The notes under the pieces were generated by a model that saw only the letters and a program-made list of their open reading frames with translations, was not told the DNA's origin and searched no databases. The translations under genes and the position numbers were made by a program. A stretch of DNA of 64,000 nt from positions 2,532,089 through 2,596,088 of the forward strand of contig CAJINV010000001.1 in the NCBI GenBank assembly GCA_905178155.1, given 5' to 3'. Shown here in pieces: positions 50,894-61,252 of the stretch. Source of the stretch: Amoebophrya sp. A120 (taxonomy: Eukaryota; Protista; Dinoflagellata). Each line of letters opens with the position of its first letter. Positions within the stretch are counted from its first letter, which is position 1.

Positions 50894-52484
50894 GTTACTG
50901 CTTCTCGCAAAACACTACGGACGTTTTTATTTCCGAGAACTGGTGGGCGCGGCGTCGCAATTTACATGTAGCTGGGGAAAAATAGACGACTAGTATAGGG
51001 GTAGAGCGTGATGGGAGTGCAGGGGCTCTGGGATGGCAGAAAAGCGAATACTTGATTTTGGAAATTTGCAGAACAGTGCCTCGATGTCAGATTTTCTCGT
51101 GCGCAAGGCCCTCATGAAGGAGTGCGATACAATATTCAAGGAAGTTTCGCCCTCGTCAAAAATTCGACCGACTTTCATTGTGTCACAACCGAGGCTGACG
51201 TGCGGGGAACATGATCCGCCTGAAAAGCAGCCATTGGAACTACTACGCATCAAACGCAGTCCATCCTCTGCAATTCTTCAAGCAGCAAGGACATGCCAAG
51301 AGCGGCCACTTGATACGAAGCACTACAAAAACGATTAGCAGCAACCACTTACAGCTAGCGTTGGAGCGACGGGTCTCCGCGCGACGGCCCTTCCTCTTCT
51401 TCATTCGCGCGTACCGCTTGCACCGAGGGCACTGAAAACAGCTGACAGAGTAAAACATTGAAAACAGCACGGACAAAGCCCGATCAGCACAAGCGGATGC
51501 ATCAACTTGCTTCCTGGAAGCTCAAACGAGCTCCGTGCCTGTCCTCCTCCATGCGAACACGTGACAAATCATTGGCCTGCGGACAACAAAAAAACGCGGG
51601 GCAGCCTACCGACGAATTGCAAAACGCGACCAAATCCGCTACGTGATGCGCGATCACTCGTCCTGCGGGAGCTGATTCCCGGGCGCGGGGGCGTCCGGCT
51701 CCACCGGAGGGGCCCCCGATCCACCGCGCAACTAAATCGTCGCACCGGGAGGCAGATACGCACCAGCCGGCAGGGGTTTCTGCCCGGCCGAGTCAGCATT
51801 CGCGGGGTAAAAGATGAAACAAAAGCGCACCCCTTTGAACGCCCACGCCCCCCTTGCGCTCCAGGTGCTTCGGCGTTTTTTTATGCGACTGCAGGGCAGA
51901 TCTTTCTACTTTCCCCAAAATTTCCGACGCGACCCTCGTTCCACAGCGTAGCACTGAGTTGGTTCCCATGGAGTGCGGAAAGGCCTAGGACTGCTTTGAT
52001 TTAAGCTGATACAGCCTCTGTCCGCGCGGCCCCTAGAGGTTTTTCCTTTTCATCCAAATGCGGCTTTTTTTCGATTTTCCACCAAAACCAGAAATGTACT
52101 AGGTGTGCCCAAGTCGACTGCTCTCAGGTCAGTTAAAGCGTCAAAATTGCAATACGTGCTCCCTGATTGGTCCACTTTTACATAGTAGGATCCTGATTTC
52201 CTCAATGCAACCCAAAATAATTTTTGTGATTTTTTTAGGAACGTTTGGAATGTTCATACGAGATGCCAGCTGACCAATATAAAAAACGCACATTGTAACA
52301 ATACAAGTAAACTGGCCACAGGTAATACCTAACGAGGCCCAAACACTGCAAGTTTTCTTGCGTCGTCGCTAAAGTTTTTTTTTTCTTTTTTTTCGAAAAA
52401 AAAAAAACTCCGCGCTGTTTTCTGTAATTGCCTTCAAGAAAACAAACAAAAAGACGCAAGTTATGTGATAGGAATGCTTGCAAC

Positions 52485-52824
52485 TGTTAGATCCATCCAG
52501 AACACAGGATAGACAACGAGCCACCCACGTAGCCACACGTGGGGCAGAGCCAGTACAAATATAGTAGAAACCAACCTAGAAGCAACCAAATACGTTCATC
52601 GTCAAGCTTAGCAGCATGGTGTTTGGTGCAGACAACGATCTACGCACCCACGACAGCAACGACGTACGATCTTACGAGCCTGGCGCTCTCCTCCTCTCCC
52701 TCTCTCCCCCTGGCGTTCTCTCAAGTGTCCGAGCCCGAGCCCTAGCGGCTGTAAATTCTACGAAATACAGGCGCACAATGGTGCAAATGTGCATGCTAGC
52801 GCATGCCATAGGCCCCAATTGTTA
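52485..52824 (-). repeat. 3' LTR (340 bp)
   Basis: Direct repeat of 60847-61252 except for one substitution and a missing 66-bp unit. Confidence 0.95.
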
Positions 52825-52827
52825 CAA

Positions 52828-52838
52828 CCCCCTTTTTC
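52828..52838 (-). promoter_or_regulatory. polypurine tract (GAAAAAGGGGG)
   Basis: Purine run on the minus strand, 3 nt upstream of the 3' LTR. Confidence 0.85.
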
Positions 52839-53671
52839 AAAAATAGGTCTGTAGTCCCGTTACGAAAAAAGTAAAGCTGTAAACCGCTTGAGAGAAAGAT
52901 GGAACTGTATGCAGGTGAACGAAGAGATTCGAACGGACACGACGCCAGGAGGGAGAGAGAACACGGACCAACGCGAAATTTATACTCTGGCCAAATTGTA
53001 CACAGGCGAGCTACCACCACTGGACCTAGTGTCCCCCTGCTGCTGTACGAAGGTTTGTAGTGGTGGTCGCGAAGAAAACGAAGCGATTTATTTCTAGGAA
53101 GACAAAATAACGAAAACGAGCCAGAAGCTTTTGATACAAGAGTGCATTTTGTAGACACGGAGCGAGAAACAGAAGATGAAAATCATACATACGATACTAC
53201 TTTTGGACGTCGAAACGAGAGAGAAATGCGAAACGTTTGAAACAGTTGTGAATTTTGCATGACAAACTATTTTTGTTATTTGGTTCAGCTCATAAAACTT
53301 GCTGTGTAATTTTCTAATTCTAAAATGTAAAAATAGAAACTTGCAATGCTAATTTGTTGAAGAGATGTAGAGATTTGTAATGCGGGAACGGAAATTCGAT
53401 ATGGATTTGCATTGCGAGAAACTAAAATCTTACACAGAAATCTTACAAAGGAGCGCAACTTGTAATGCTGAAACTTGTATTGCGAAAGCAGTGAAGTGAG
53501 AAACTAAAATCATACACGAACGTCTTGCCTAAAGGTGCGATCTGTAATGCTGAAACTGCGAAGCGCCCCGATATTCCCCAACTGGTGGGGTTTGTCTCTT
53601 TACCCCCTTGGTCTTGCAGTAGCACCGGGGGAATGTGACCCGACCGCCCCCCGTCGTGTTTCCCCGTTTCC

Positions 53672-56600
53672 TCACGGCTCCAACAGCGTAAGAGCCTCGG
53701 GAGGCAGCACAAATTTCGCATCTTGAAACTGCAAAAAGCCTCGCACCATGTCAAGATCGCACTTTGCCACTTCTTTGGTTAGTATGTCGCTGGGGTTGTG
53801 TTTCCCCTTGATGTGGCAAAGGCAAAGATCGCCGTCTTCTACTAATCGCGATAGGTAGAAGTAGTCCGCTCTGAGGTTTCGCTCGCTGGGCGACCTCGTT
53901 AGCGAATTTGTGCTGCTCCTCACCACGTTGTTGGAGTCGGAACAAACGATGAGAGGCTGGGCGGGGGATGTAAGTCCGGATGCCACGCAGACGCCGCGAA
54001 AGTAAAGCAGCTCGCTGACCACGAGCCGCAGGGCAAGGAGTTCGGCCGAAGTGCTGGAACTGAAAACCCGGGAAGGCTTCGCGGAGTAGTGGGTGATGAT
54101 GTTGTAGACCAATTTTTCGCCCTTCTCGTCCCCGCATGGTGTGCCTCCACTTGCCGCTTGTTTCTTGTTGACCAGGCACACCATGGCGCCGAGCCTAGGG
54201 ACGAGACTTGCATCCACCAACCCCAGCAAAATGTCCTCCGTCTGCGCCGTCGGCTGGATGTGGATCACATCCTCCCCGTGCTGTTTCACCTGGTCGATGA
54301 GTTCATTGACTTCGGAAACCATTAATCCGTAGTCGTCGTCGCTGGCTTCGTCGTCAATCTGCCCCGCCAAGATGCAAATGTTTGCAACGAAAGCAATCTG
54401 CACCTTGGTCACCCAAAGCAACTCCCCCAAAGCCCGTCGCAGCGGCGACTTCCGCCGCCGGTTCTGCAGGAAGTGCTGCAGTTCGTGCTCCGAAATAGGC
54501 TTCATGTTTCGAATGAAGCTTTGCTGCCCGACCTTGAATCCCACTCCGCCCGCTGCTGTTGCCCGTGCGACAAGCTTTCCGTCTTGGTAAAACTCAAATT
54601 GCTCCCGCTGGTCCGCTTCCACCGCTGCGTCGTGCTGCTCGCAGTGGATAGTCCTGCCGCAAAACGTGTCCTCCGTGCCCGGTAGCAGGCAGGTCCTGGA
54701 TCCCGGTGGGAACTGCAGAAAAACCTTCTCCAGCGACCTGTGCGCCGCCGCGCTGCCACCGTAAAGCATGTCGTCGACATGCACGCCCAGAATCCCCTCG
54801 ATTTCGTTGGACTGCAGGAGCGGGTCCTCGATGCTTGTCCGCAATAGCGGACTTTGTTCCCGTCGCTCCTCGTCCCCGTTTGCCGCTGTTTCCTTTTCGC
54901 TGGTGCTGTTGCTTTCCTCCTGCTGCTGCTGCTCTGGTTTTGCTTTAGGGAAGTACCACAGGCAGGGGTCGTTGATGTCTTGCTTCCACCCGGCATCGCG
55001 CAAGGCCTGGAACAGAACTTTTTGCCACGAAAGCGGAGCATCGGCCAAGCCGTAAAGGCACCGCTTCAGACGGACGAAGCGATGGCCAAGGCCGAAGGCA
55101 TTGTTTCCTCGTATGCCCTCCGGAACCTCCAACCAAACTGCGTCTTGCAGCTCCTTGCCGCGAAGAAAAGCCTGCGCAATGTCGGCAAGGTGGGCGTAGT
55201 GCTTGTTTTTCGCCAGCCAGTGCAGCACCACGAGGATGCTGCTATCTGCCACCGTGTGGCATCGTTTTTCTAACCCTTCCTCCAGCCGCCGATCCATGTA
55301 GCCCTTGGCGCACCACCGCATTTTGGCCTTGGTGAACTGCCCTGCCGAAAACTTCAGGGTGAAGACGATCCGGGACGACACCACGGAAACGTCTTCACCC
55401 TCCGGCCGCTCGTCCCGCTGGCTGGACAGGTCAAAAACGTCAAGGGCTTGGATTCCCTTGACCTCCGCCGCCCTTGCTTCGTCCACCAGGTGCCACAGGC
55501 CGTATTTGGCGATCTGCTGCAGCGTCAGCTCGACGCTGCACCCGTTCGGCGTGACTGCTTCCCAGTTCACGGCGGCGGGCTGCTCCACTTGCAAAAACAG
55601 ATGATGGTCGTCGGGGCTGGGAATTTCGGTGGAGGGGTCAAAGACCTGAAATGCAGTTTTTGGCCCGACCCGAAACGCGATAGTGTGCTTGCCAAGCTGC
55701 CCCGGCACCCTGCAACCCCTGCGGAAAACTTTCGCCTCGACGACGTAGGCGCTGCCGTCGAATCCGCTTGCCGTGCCGCTTACTGGCTTGCCGTTGATCA
55801 ACGTGTTGAGCTCTGTCACGATGGGGTCGCAGAAGGAGGAGCGAAATACGGTCTGGCGGCCCCGCTGCGCAATCAGCTCCATCAAAAACTTGGAGTTGGT
55901 GTCGATGCTCCGCAGCTGCGTACGCCAGTCTTCCAGAGTCTCCAGAACTCTCTCTTGCCCGTCCTTTTCCGCTTCCGCAAGGTAAAGATGTGGCCCGTCC
56001 TCCACCAGTTGCGCGCGCCGTGCAGTCGTCCCCGCGACAAAGTCCTGCACCGAAGTCGCCAGGGTTGCGACCGTGTTCCCCGTGCTTCCCGCAATGTCGA
56101 AAGTGCTGTACGCCGCGCCGCGGTCGTCAATTGTAGCGAAGCTGTCGCTGGCCGCCCCTTTTGCAAAGAGGTCCGCGCTGCTGGTCAGGTAAAGCCGTCG
56201 TGCTTTCGTCGGAGGCTCGGTCGGTGGTTCCATCGGGATCGGCGAGCCAAAAATCTCGTCTTCCTCCCGACGCGCTTGTGTGTCCAACTGCTCGCGGCGC
56301 AAAGGTGAAGCTGCGGCTTCAGGTTGTGGCAGGGGTGGAAGGAGCGTTTCCTTCTGGTTACTTGAAGAAACTGCTGGTGGGAGAACAGGCGGCCCCTGCT
56401 GATTCTTGGCCCCGTGGGGTTTTGTGCTTGGCGCCGCTGGGAGTGGTAAAGGGGGGAGAACAGTAGCCGCAGGTTTGGTTTTTCGCTGTTTCTTCTTGTT
56501 CTCTTCGCCCCTCACGATCTTCTTCGGCCTAGAAGGCGGGTTTTTGTCGTCAGGCAAGTCGGCAGCAGCGTCCGCGCGGTTCCGCAGTGCTGGCTTTGGG

Positions 56601-59110
56601 TTTTTCGGAGTGGGGACAAGAATCCCCGGTAGGGTTCGGAATTCTAGTGGCGCCGTCATGTACTCCGACAGCTGCACGCCGGGCTTGATGTCCGCCGCCG
56701 CAAAAACGAACTTCTTCACTTGTGGCGCCCGCAGCACCACAATCCTGTTACTCCCCGATGGTCTCACCATCGCCTCCTGTCGGTGCGTGTCTACGCCGAC
56801 ACAAGTCCCAACCTGCCGCCAGTTTGCTGTTCCCGCGTGCCAATGGTCAGAATTTTTGTCGTGCGTCCGTAAAATTCTGACCATTTCGCCCCGCTTGATG
56901 TCTTCCAGGCTAGTAAGCGACCGCGAAAGCTTGTAGCCCTTGTTGAAGCGCCGGATCTTGTCCAAAATCTCCCGCCGCTGGACCTCCAAGGCAAGCCGTT
57001 TTTGTTCCTGCAGCAATTTTTCCATTTGCCGCATGACTTGCTTCGTTGCCTTGCCGTCGTCGTTTTCGCAGTGGCCGTAGTGGCAGTTGTCCGCTGCGTA
57101 AACCGTTCCCCGCACGCCGGGGCATGTGTTCAAAAGCCCCTCGGTATACTGAAGGATCTTGTCCTTCAGCTCAAACTGGTCCGCGTCCAGTTTTCGGCAG
57201 TTGTAGATTACGTCCACCAGGTCCCGCACTGCGCCGCTGATGTTCCTCATCCCCACTATTTCCTCCAGGAGCGCCAGCTTCGTCCCGCCAGTGATGAGGA
57301 GCACCTTGTTGAGGGTTTTGTTGAATTTCGGATGTGCCCGCTCCTCCTTCCCCAAGCACCAGGGGGAGGCGTACGGCACCGGGACGCCCTGGACGTCGTT
57401 ATTGGCGCAAAAATTCTCGACGTTCTGGTTGAGGTTGTCCGACTTTGGGTCGAACATGAAAAAGCGCGGAAGCCCGCCGGCCTTGGTCTTGAACGCGAGG
57501 AGAGCAGCCGGAACCTGGGGCGGAGGTGGTTCCGACTCCTTCCCGACCTTGTCCGGGAGGTGGTGGTCGATCAGTGCCAGGCTACGCTTTTGCGACCCAA
57601 AATCGTAAAGGTGGTAGACGATCCCCATCGCCGTGTTGACCGAATCGCCGCCCCAAAGCACTCGCGGCTTGGCGCCGAACTGTGACCACCCGACCGGCCA
57701 AAGTATTTCGCGGCAGCGGTTGAAGCTTGCGCACTCGCTGCACAGGTCGTAGTTGGTGATGTCCTCAAAGAACCGCCGCTCTTGCTTGTCGGCGATCCTG
57801 TCGCCGAGCGTAGCAAAGTGCCCCCCGTTATGGTGCAACTTCACCAACCATTGCTGCCGCTCCTGCGAAATACCGGGGTAAAGCGCACCAAGCTCCGCAA
57901 GGGTCTTCGGCCGCGGTCCAGAAAGCGCCCCGGCCATGTAGATGCAAAATTTTTGCTCGAAGTCGTAAGCCGGTCGAAACTCCGCCTCCACAAGTAGGAT
58001 GTCCTCGCCGTCCACTTCAAGCTCCTCCCCTGCTAGGCAAAGGGAGTCGCCCGCCGGCCCCGTTTCGTGTTTCAGCCCCAACTCCTTGTGAAATTTTCGC
58101 CCGAGCAAAGGGTGGAAGTCCCCAGGAAGGATGCGCCACCGCCCCGGCCTCCAAACCGTCCACCCGTTTGTTCCGCGCCGCCGAAACCGCATGGAAATCC
58201 AGCTTCCACCAAGGTCCCCGACGTTTCCCTTCGCCGTTGCAAACGTCGTCGGCGTGTCCAGGTGGTCAAGCCGTGCCCCGATCGCCGCAGCACGCTGTTC
58301 CGGAAACACGAGGCTACTGGCCCCCGTGTCAAAACAGGCCTTGCATCCGTTTCCAGCTTGTTGTTGCGCGCTGAGGTAAACCAGGTCCACCCGTTCCACC
58401 CATTCGCCGTCGCCTCCCGAGTCGCGAGAACACAAAATCGGACCCAAGGCACCGACAGGCCTAAAAAACTCAGCTTCTTCCTTCTTCTTTTCTTCGTTCA
58501 CTGAATTTTCTCTCTCATCTCTCGCTTCATCATCATTTTCATCATCGCCGTCTTCTTTTTCATCTTCCCCCGTTGCGGACCTGCATGGTCCCCGCTGCCG
58601 CAATTCGTTTCCGCCTCCGGTCTGCAAAATGCTCGACCCGGAACCGGTAGTAGAAAAAGTTCTGTTTTGCTCCGTCCGCAAAATGCGTCCGAAGCTGTTG
58701 CGAGTGCTGGTAGTACAGGAATTTGTCTGGCTGGTAGTGCTGAAATTGGAACAAGTAGTGCCGGCAGTGCAAAAATTTGATCTCGTAGTGCTGGTAGTAC
58801 AAAAGCTTGATCTCGCTCTCGCTGCAGGATCTTGCTCTTCCGACGCCGGCAAAGTGCGGGCCGTCGGTATTTTCGTGCTTGTAGTCGCGATAAAGCTAGA
58901 AGATGAAGGATCAGATGTGGTCTGCAGTGCTTTCTCGTGCTGTTTCCGTGCTTGGACAAAGTTCGTAGTTCTTGTACAGGGTGGGAATTTTGAAGATGAA
59001 GATCTTTCTGCCGCCTCGTAGTGCGAGCTTTTGCCCGCTTTTGCAGCCGGGGCCACGTTGCAGGCTGTGGCAGTGCTTCCGCCTTTGCGGCTGCTGTTTT
59101 CACTAGATAG
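53672..59110 (-). CDS. pol: Pol polyprotein (aspartic protease, integrase, copia-type reverse transcriptase, RNase H)
   Basis: CFDTGAS protease; HHNGGH..CSEC zinc motif and D..D..E integrase core; RT motifs ADIAQAFLRG, LKRCLYGLADAP and GVHVDDML; RNase H SSTSAELLAL, CSDSNN and NPSDILTK. The frame is open right up to the gag stop and the ORF-track start at 59056 is a GTG. Confidence 0.95.
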   Translation of the reverse strand, partial: LSSENSSRKGGSTATACNVAPAAKAGKSSHYEAAERSSSSKFPPCTRTTNFVQARKQHEKALQTTSDPSSSSFIATTSTKIPTARTLPASEEQDPAARARSSFCTTSTTRSNFCTAGTTCSNFSTTSQTNSCTTSTRNSFGRILRTEQNRTFSTTGSGSSILQTGGGNELRQRGPCRSATGEDEKEDGDDENDDEARDERENSVNEEKKKEEAEFFRPVGALGPILCSRDSGGDGEWVERVDLVYLSAQQQAGNGCKACFDTGASSLVFPEQRAAAIGARLDHLDTPTTFATAKGNVGDLGGSWISMRFRRRGTNGWTVWRPGRWRILPGDFHPLLGRKFHKELGLKHETGPAGDSLCLAGEELEVDGEDILLVEAEFRPAYDFEQKFCIYMAGALSGPRPKTLAELGALYPGISQERQQWLVKLHHNGGHFATLGDRIADKQERRFFEDITNYDLCSECASFNRCREILWPVGWSQFGAKPRVLWGGDSVNTAMGIVYHLYDFGSQKRSLALIDHHLPDKVGKESEPPPPQVPAALLAFKTKAGGLPRFFMFDPKSDNLNQNVENFCANNDVQGVPVPYASPWCLGKEERAHPKFNKTLNKVLLITGGTKLALLEEIVGMRNISGAVRDLVDVIYNCRKLDADQFELKDKILQYTEGLLNTCPGVRGTVYAADNCHYGHCENDDGKATKQVMRQMEKLLQEQKRLALEVQRREILDKIRRFNKGYKLSRSLTSLEDIKRGEMVRILRTHDKNSDHWHAGTANWRQVGTCVGVDTHRQEAMVRPSGSNRIVVLRAPQVKKFVFAAADIKPGVQLSEYMTAPLEFRTLPGILVPTPKNPKPALRNRADAAADLPDDKNPPSRPKKIVRGEENKKKQRKTKPAATVLPPLPLPAAPSTKPHGAKNQQGPPVLPPAVSSSNQKETLLPPLPQPEAAASPLRREQLDTQARREEDEIFGSPIPMEPPTEPPTKARRLYLTSSADLFAKGAASDSFATIDDRGAAYSTFDIAGSTGNTVATLATSVQDFVAGTTARRAQLVEDGPHLYLAEAEKDGQERVLETLEDWRTQLRSIDTNSKFLMELIAQRGRQTVFRSSFCDPIVTELNTLINGKPVSGTASGFDGSAYVVEAKVFRRGCRVPGQLGKHTIAFRVGPKTAFQVFDPSTEIPSPDDHHLFLQVEQPAAVNWEAVTPNGCSVELTLQQIAKYGLWHLVDEARAAEVKGIQALDVFDLSSQRDERPEGEDVSVVSSRIVFTLKFSAGQFTKAKMRWCAKGYMDRRLEEGLEKRCHTVADSSILVVLHWLAKNKHYAHLADIAQAFLRGKELQDAVWLEVPEGIRGNNAFGLGHRFVRLKRCLYGLADAPLSWQKVLFQALRDAGWKQDINDPCLWYFPKAKPEQQQQEESNSTSEKETAANGDEERREQSPLLRTSIEDPLLQSNEIEGILGVHVDDMLYGGSAAAHRSLEKVFLQFPPGSRTCLLPGTEDTFCGRTIHCEQHDAAVEADQREQFEFYQDGKLVARATAAGGVGFKVGQQSFIRNMKPISEHELQHFLQNRRRKSPLRRALGELLWVTKVQIAFVANICILAGQIDDEASDDDYGLMVSEVNELIDQVKQHGEDVIHIQPTAQTEDILLGLVDASLVPRLGAMVCLVNKKQAASGGTPCGDEKGEKLVYNIITHYSAKPSRVFSSSTSAELLALRLVVSELLYFRGVCVASGLTSPAQPLIVCSDSNNVVRSSTNSLTRSPSERNLRADYFYLSRLVEDGDLCLCHIKGKHNPSDILTKEVAKCDLDMVRGFLQFQDAKFVLPPEALTLLEP

Positions 59111-60409
59111 TCACGGATTCTTTTCCTTGTCGGCCGCCTCCCGCGCCAGCCGTTCCGCCCGCTTGCGCCGCAAGACCACCATGTCGGCCTCCGTGTGGGA
59201 TTTTGTGCAGCGGCCGTTCTTGATGAAAAAATGGCAGCGCTGCCCGTGCACGCAGGCGTTGCCCAGCAGCTGCTGCTGCTGCCCCGTGAGGTACAACATC
59301 CCGGAGCGCAGCATTCCGTCGTACCAGTTTTCCCACTCCGAGTGGGAATACTCCGGGCACACCATGTCCCCGCTGGTGTCGCCCTGAAGCATGTGCGCAT
59401 GCCCGAAGAGGTTCTCCGCCTCGTAGTGCTTGTTGTCGGCCGGGTAGATTTCGGTCTCGTGGGCGCAGCCGCACGAGAGCAGGGTCGTCGCCACCATGTC
59501 CATGGAGGTATTTTCGCCGAACGTCGCCCGGACCAGTCGCTGCGTGCCCTTGTCCAGCAGGCAGGTTCGCAGCAGCGCCTCCCCCGCGACGATGCTAGAA
59601 ACGCCGGCATTCATTTTGGAGAGGCTGCGGAACTCCATCCGCTTGGCCCGCACGAACTTGCTGACCGTGACGCCCTTGCGCCGCTTGGCCTGCAGCAGCC
59701 CGGTGGTGCGGTCCTGCAGCATCTCCGAAGGCGTGCCGCTACTGTCTTCCAGCAAGTTCTTCGCAAGCGAAAAAAGCGACTTGTTGGACACCCCGGCCAC
59801 GATTTCCTGCGCCCAGCTGTCCGCCTTGAAAGTTTTGAGGTAGATCAAGTCGTAGATGGCGTCGTGGTTGAACTCAACCTCCGCCATCATCTTGGACCAG
59901 CGGGCTAGCTTCGGGAGGAACTTTGCCATTGCCTCCGTCTTCGGATCGAAGATGGGCATGGCCTCGCTGATCTGTTCCGCTTTTATCACGTCCTGCGGCG
60001 ACAGCCCCTTGCCGCTCGGCGTAGGAAGGGCGGCCCACTCCTCCAGCATGGCCAAAACCGCAGTTCCCGCCTCGCAGTCCGCTGCGGAAATCTCGTCGGT
60101 GACCTTGTCCCGCAAGGCCATTCCCGTGCGCCTTTTCGAAAACGCAGTCGCGGAGCTGACCCCGCTCACCGCACTGCTTGCGGGTTTTCCATCCTCCTTC
60201 TCGGTCGGGGTAGGGGTGGCGGTGTTCATCTTTTCCAGCATCTGCGCCATCATCTCGCCCTGCTTCGCAACCGCATCTGCCAGTGTGCCCATCGACGTCG
60301 CCAAAGACGCAAGGCTTGCCGCTTGGGCGTTGCTGTGCAGGGAGGAAATCTCGCTGCTGGCATCGCCTTCTCCGTCCCGCCCTTTGCTGCCTTTTCGCTT
60401 CTTCGCCAT
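59111..60409 (-). CDS. gag: Gag-like protein with a C-terminal CCCH-type Cys/His motif
   Basis: 432-aa ATG ORF between the PBS and pol; CVHGQRCHFFIKNGRCTKSH near the C-terminus. Confidence 0.85.
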   Translation of the reverse strand: MAKKRKGSKGRDGEGDASSEISSLHSNAQAASLASLATSMGTLADAVAKQGEMMAQMLEKMNTATPTPTEKEDGKPASSAVSGVSSATAFSKRRTGMALRDKVTDEISAADCEAGTAVLAMLEEWAALPTPSGKGLSPQDVIKAEQISEAMPIFDPKTEAMAKFLPKLARWSKMMAEVEFNHDAIYDLIYLKTFKADSWAQEIVAGVSNKSLFSLAKNLLEDSSGTPSEMLQDRTTGLLQAKRRKGVTVSKFVRAKRMEFRSLSKMNAGVSSIVAGEALLRTCLLDKGTQRLVRATFGENTSMDMVATTLLSCGCAHETEIYPADNKHYEAENLFGHAHMLQGDTSGDMVCPEYSHSEWENWYDGMLRSGMLYLTGQQQQLLGNACVHGQRCHFFIKNGRCTKSHTEADMVVLRRKRAERLAREAADKEKNP

Positions 60410-60830
60410 GATCGCTTCCCGTCAAACCCGCGGGTTGGAAAAGTTGAAGAAAGAGGCGCCCCGTAGTGGTGTTTTGCTGCTTCGCACGGTGCTACGGTGA
60501 TGATGTAGCCTCTAGGGTCGGAAGGTAGTAATGTCCGGATATCCACCGCGTTTCGAGTACCCCCGGACCAGTTTCGCGGTGCTAGTGCCTTTCCGACCGC
60601 TCGCGACCCTCGCGCCCTATCGGAATGGCCGTAAGGTCGGTTTTCGGCGTTCCTTCCACCGGATTTCCGCACTTCCTGCTTGCCGCGGAGCGTGGTCCGC
60701 GCACTTACCGTCGTCCTAGAAGCGTGGAAGACGGTAAATAGCTCCCAATGGAGAAGCCGCCGCGACGAAGCCCAGCTGCGTCGCGTCGTCTGGAATAGCG
60801 TAGGGAGAGAAGAAGCCCCGAAGCGCTCAA

Positions 60831-60846
60831 CGGGGTTACGGCACCA
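60831..60846 (-). promoter_or_regulatory. primer-binding site TGGTGCCGTAACCCCG (probably tRNA-His)
   Basis: Begins with TGG directly after the 5' LTR and is complementary to a tRNA 3' end ..TTACGGCACCA, resembling the GCCGT-type acceptor stem of eukaryotic tRNA-His. Confidence 0.75.
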
Positions 60847-61252
60847 TGTTAGATCCATCCAGAACACAGGATAGACAACGAGCCACCCACGTAGCCACAC
60901 GTGGGGCAGAGCCAGTACAAATATAGTAGAAACCAACCTAGAAGCAACCAAATACGTTCATCGTCAAGCTTAGCAGCATGGTGCTTGGTGCAGACAACGA
61001 TCTACGCACCCACGACAGCAACGACGTACGATCTTACGAGCCTGGCGCTCTCCTCCTCTCCCTCTCTCCCCCTGGCGTTCTCTCAAGTGTCCGAGCCCGA
61101 GCCCTAGCGGCTGTAAATTCTACGAAATACAGGCGCGCAATGGTGCAAATGTGCATGCTAGCGCATGCCATAGGCCCCAATTGTTACCGAATTTACAGGC
61201 GCACAATGGTGCAAATGTGCATGCTAGCGCATGCCATAGGCCCCAATTGTTA
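60847..61252 (-). repeat. 5' LTR (406 bp) with a tandemly duplicated terminal unit
   Basis: Matches 52485-52824 plus an extra 66-bp unit ending ..GGCCCCAATTGTTA. Confidence 0.95.

Larger units (their letters stand above)
52485..61252 (-). mobile_element. full-length Ty1/copia LTR retrotransposon
   Basis: Two LTRs, 5-bp TSD GCAAC (52480-52484 and 61253-61257), PBS, PPT, and intact gag and pol with PR-INT-RT-RH order. Confidence 0.96.

Noticed and set aside
51033-51338. 101-aa plus-strand ORF beside the retrotransposon
   Set aside because: No motif, no clear splice partner, and codon usage unlike the supported genes.
58498-59610. 370-aa ORF overlapping the gag/pol junction, suggesting a frameshift mechanism
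   Set aside because: gag and pol are already in the same frame, and this ORF has no recognisable motif.
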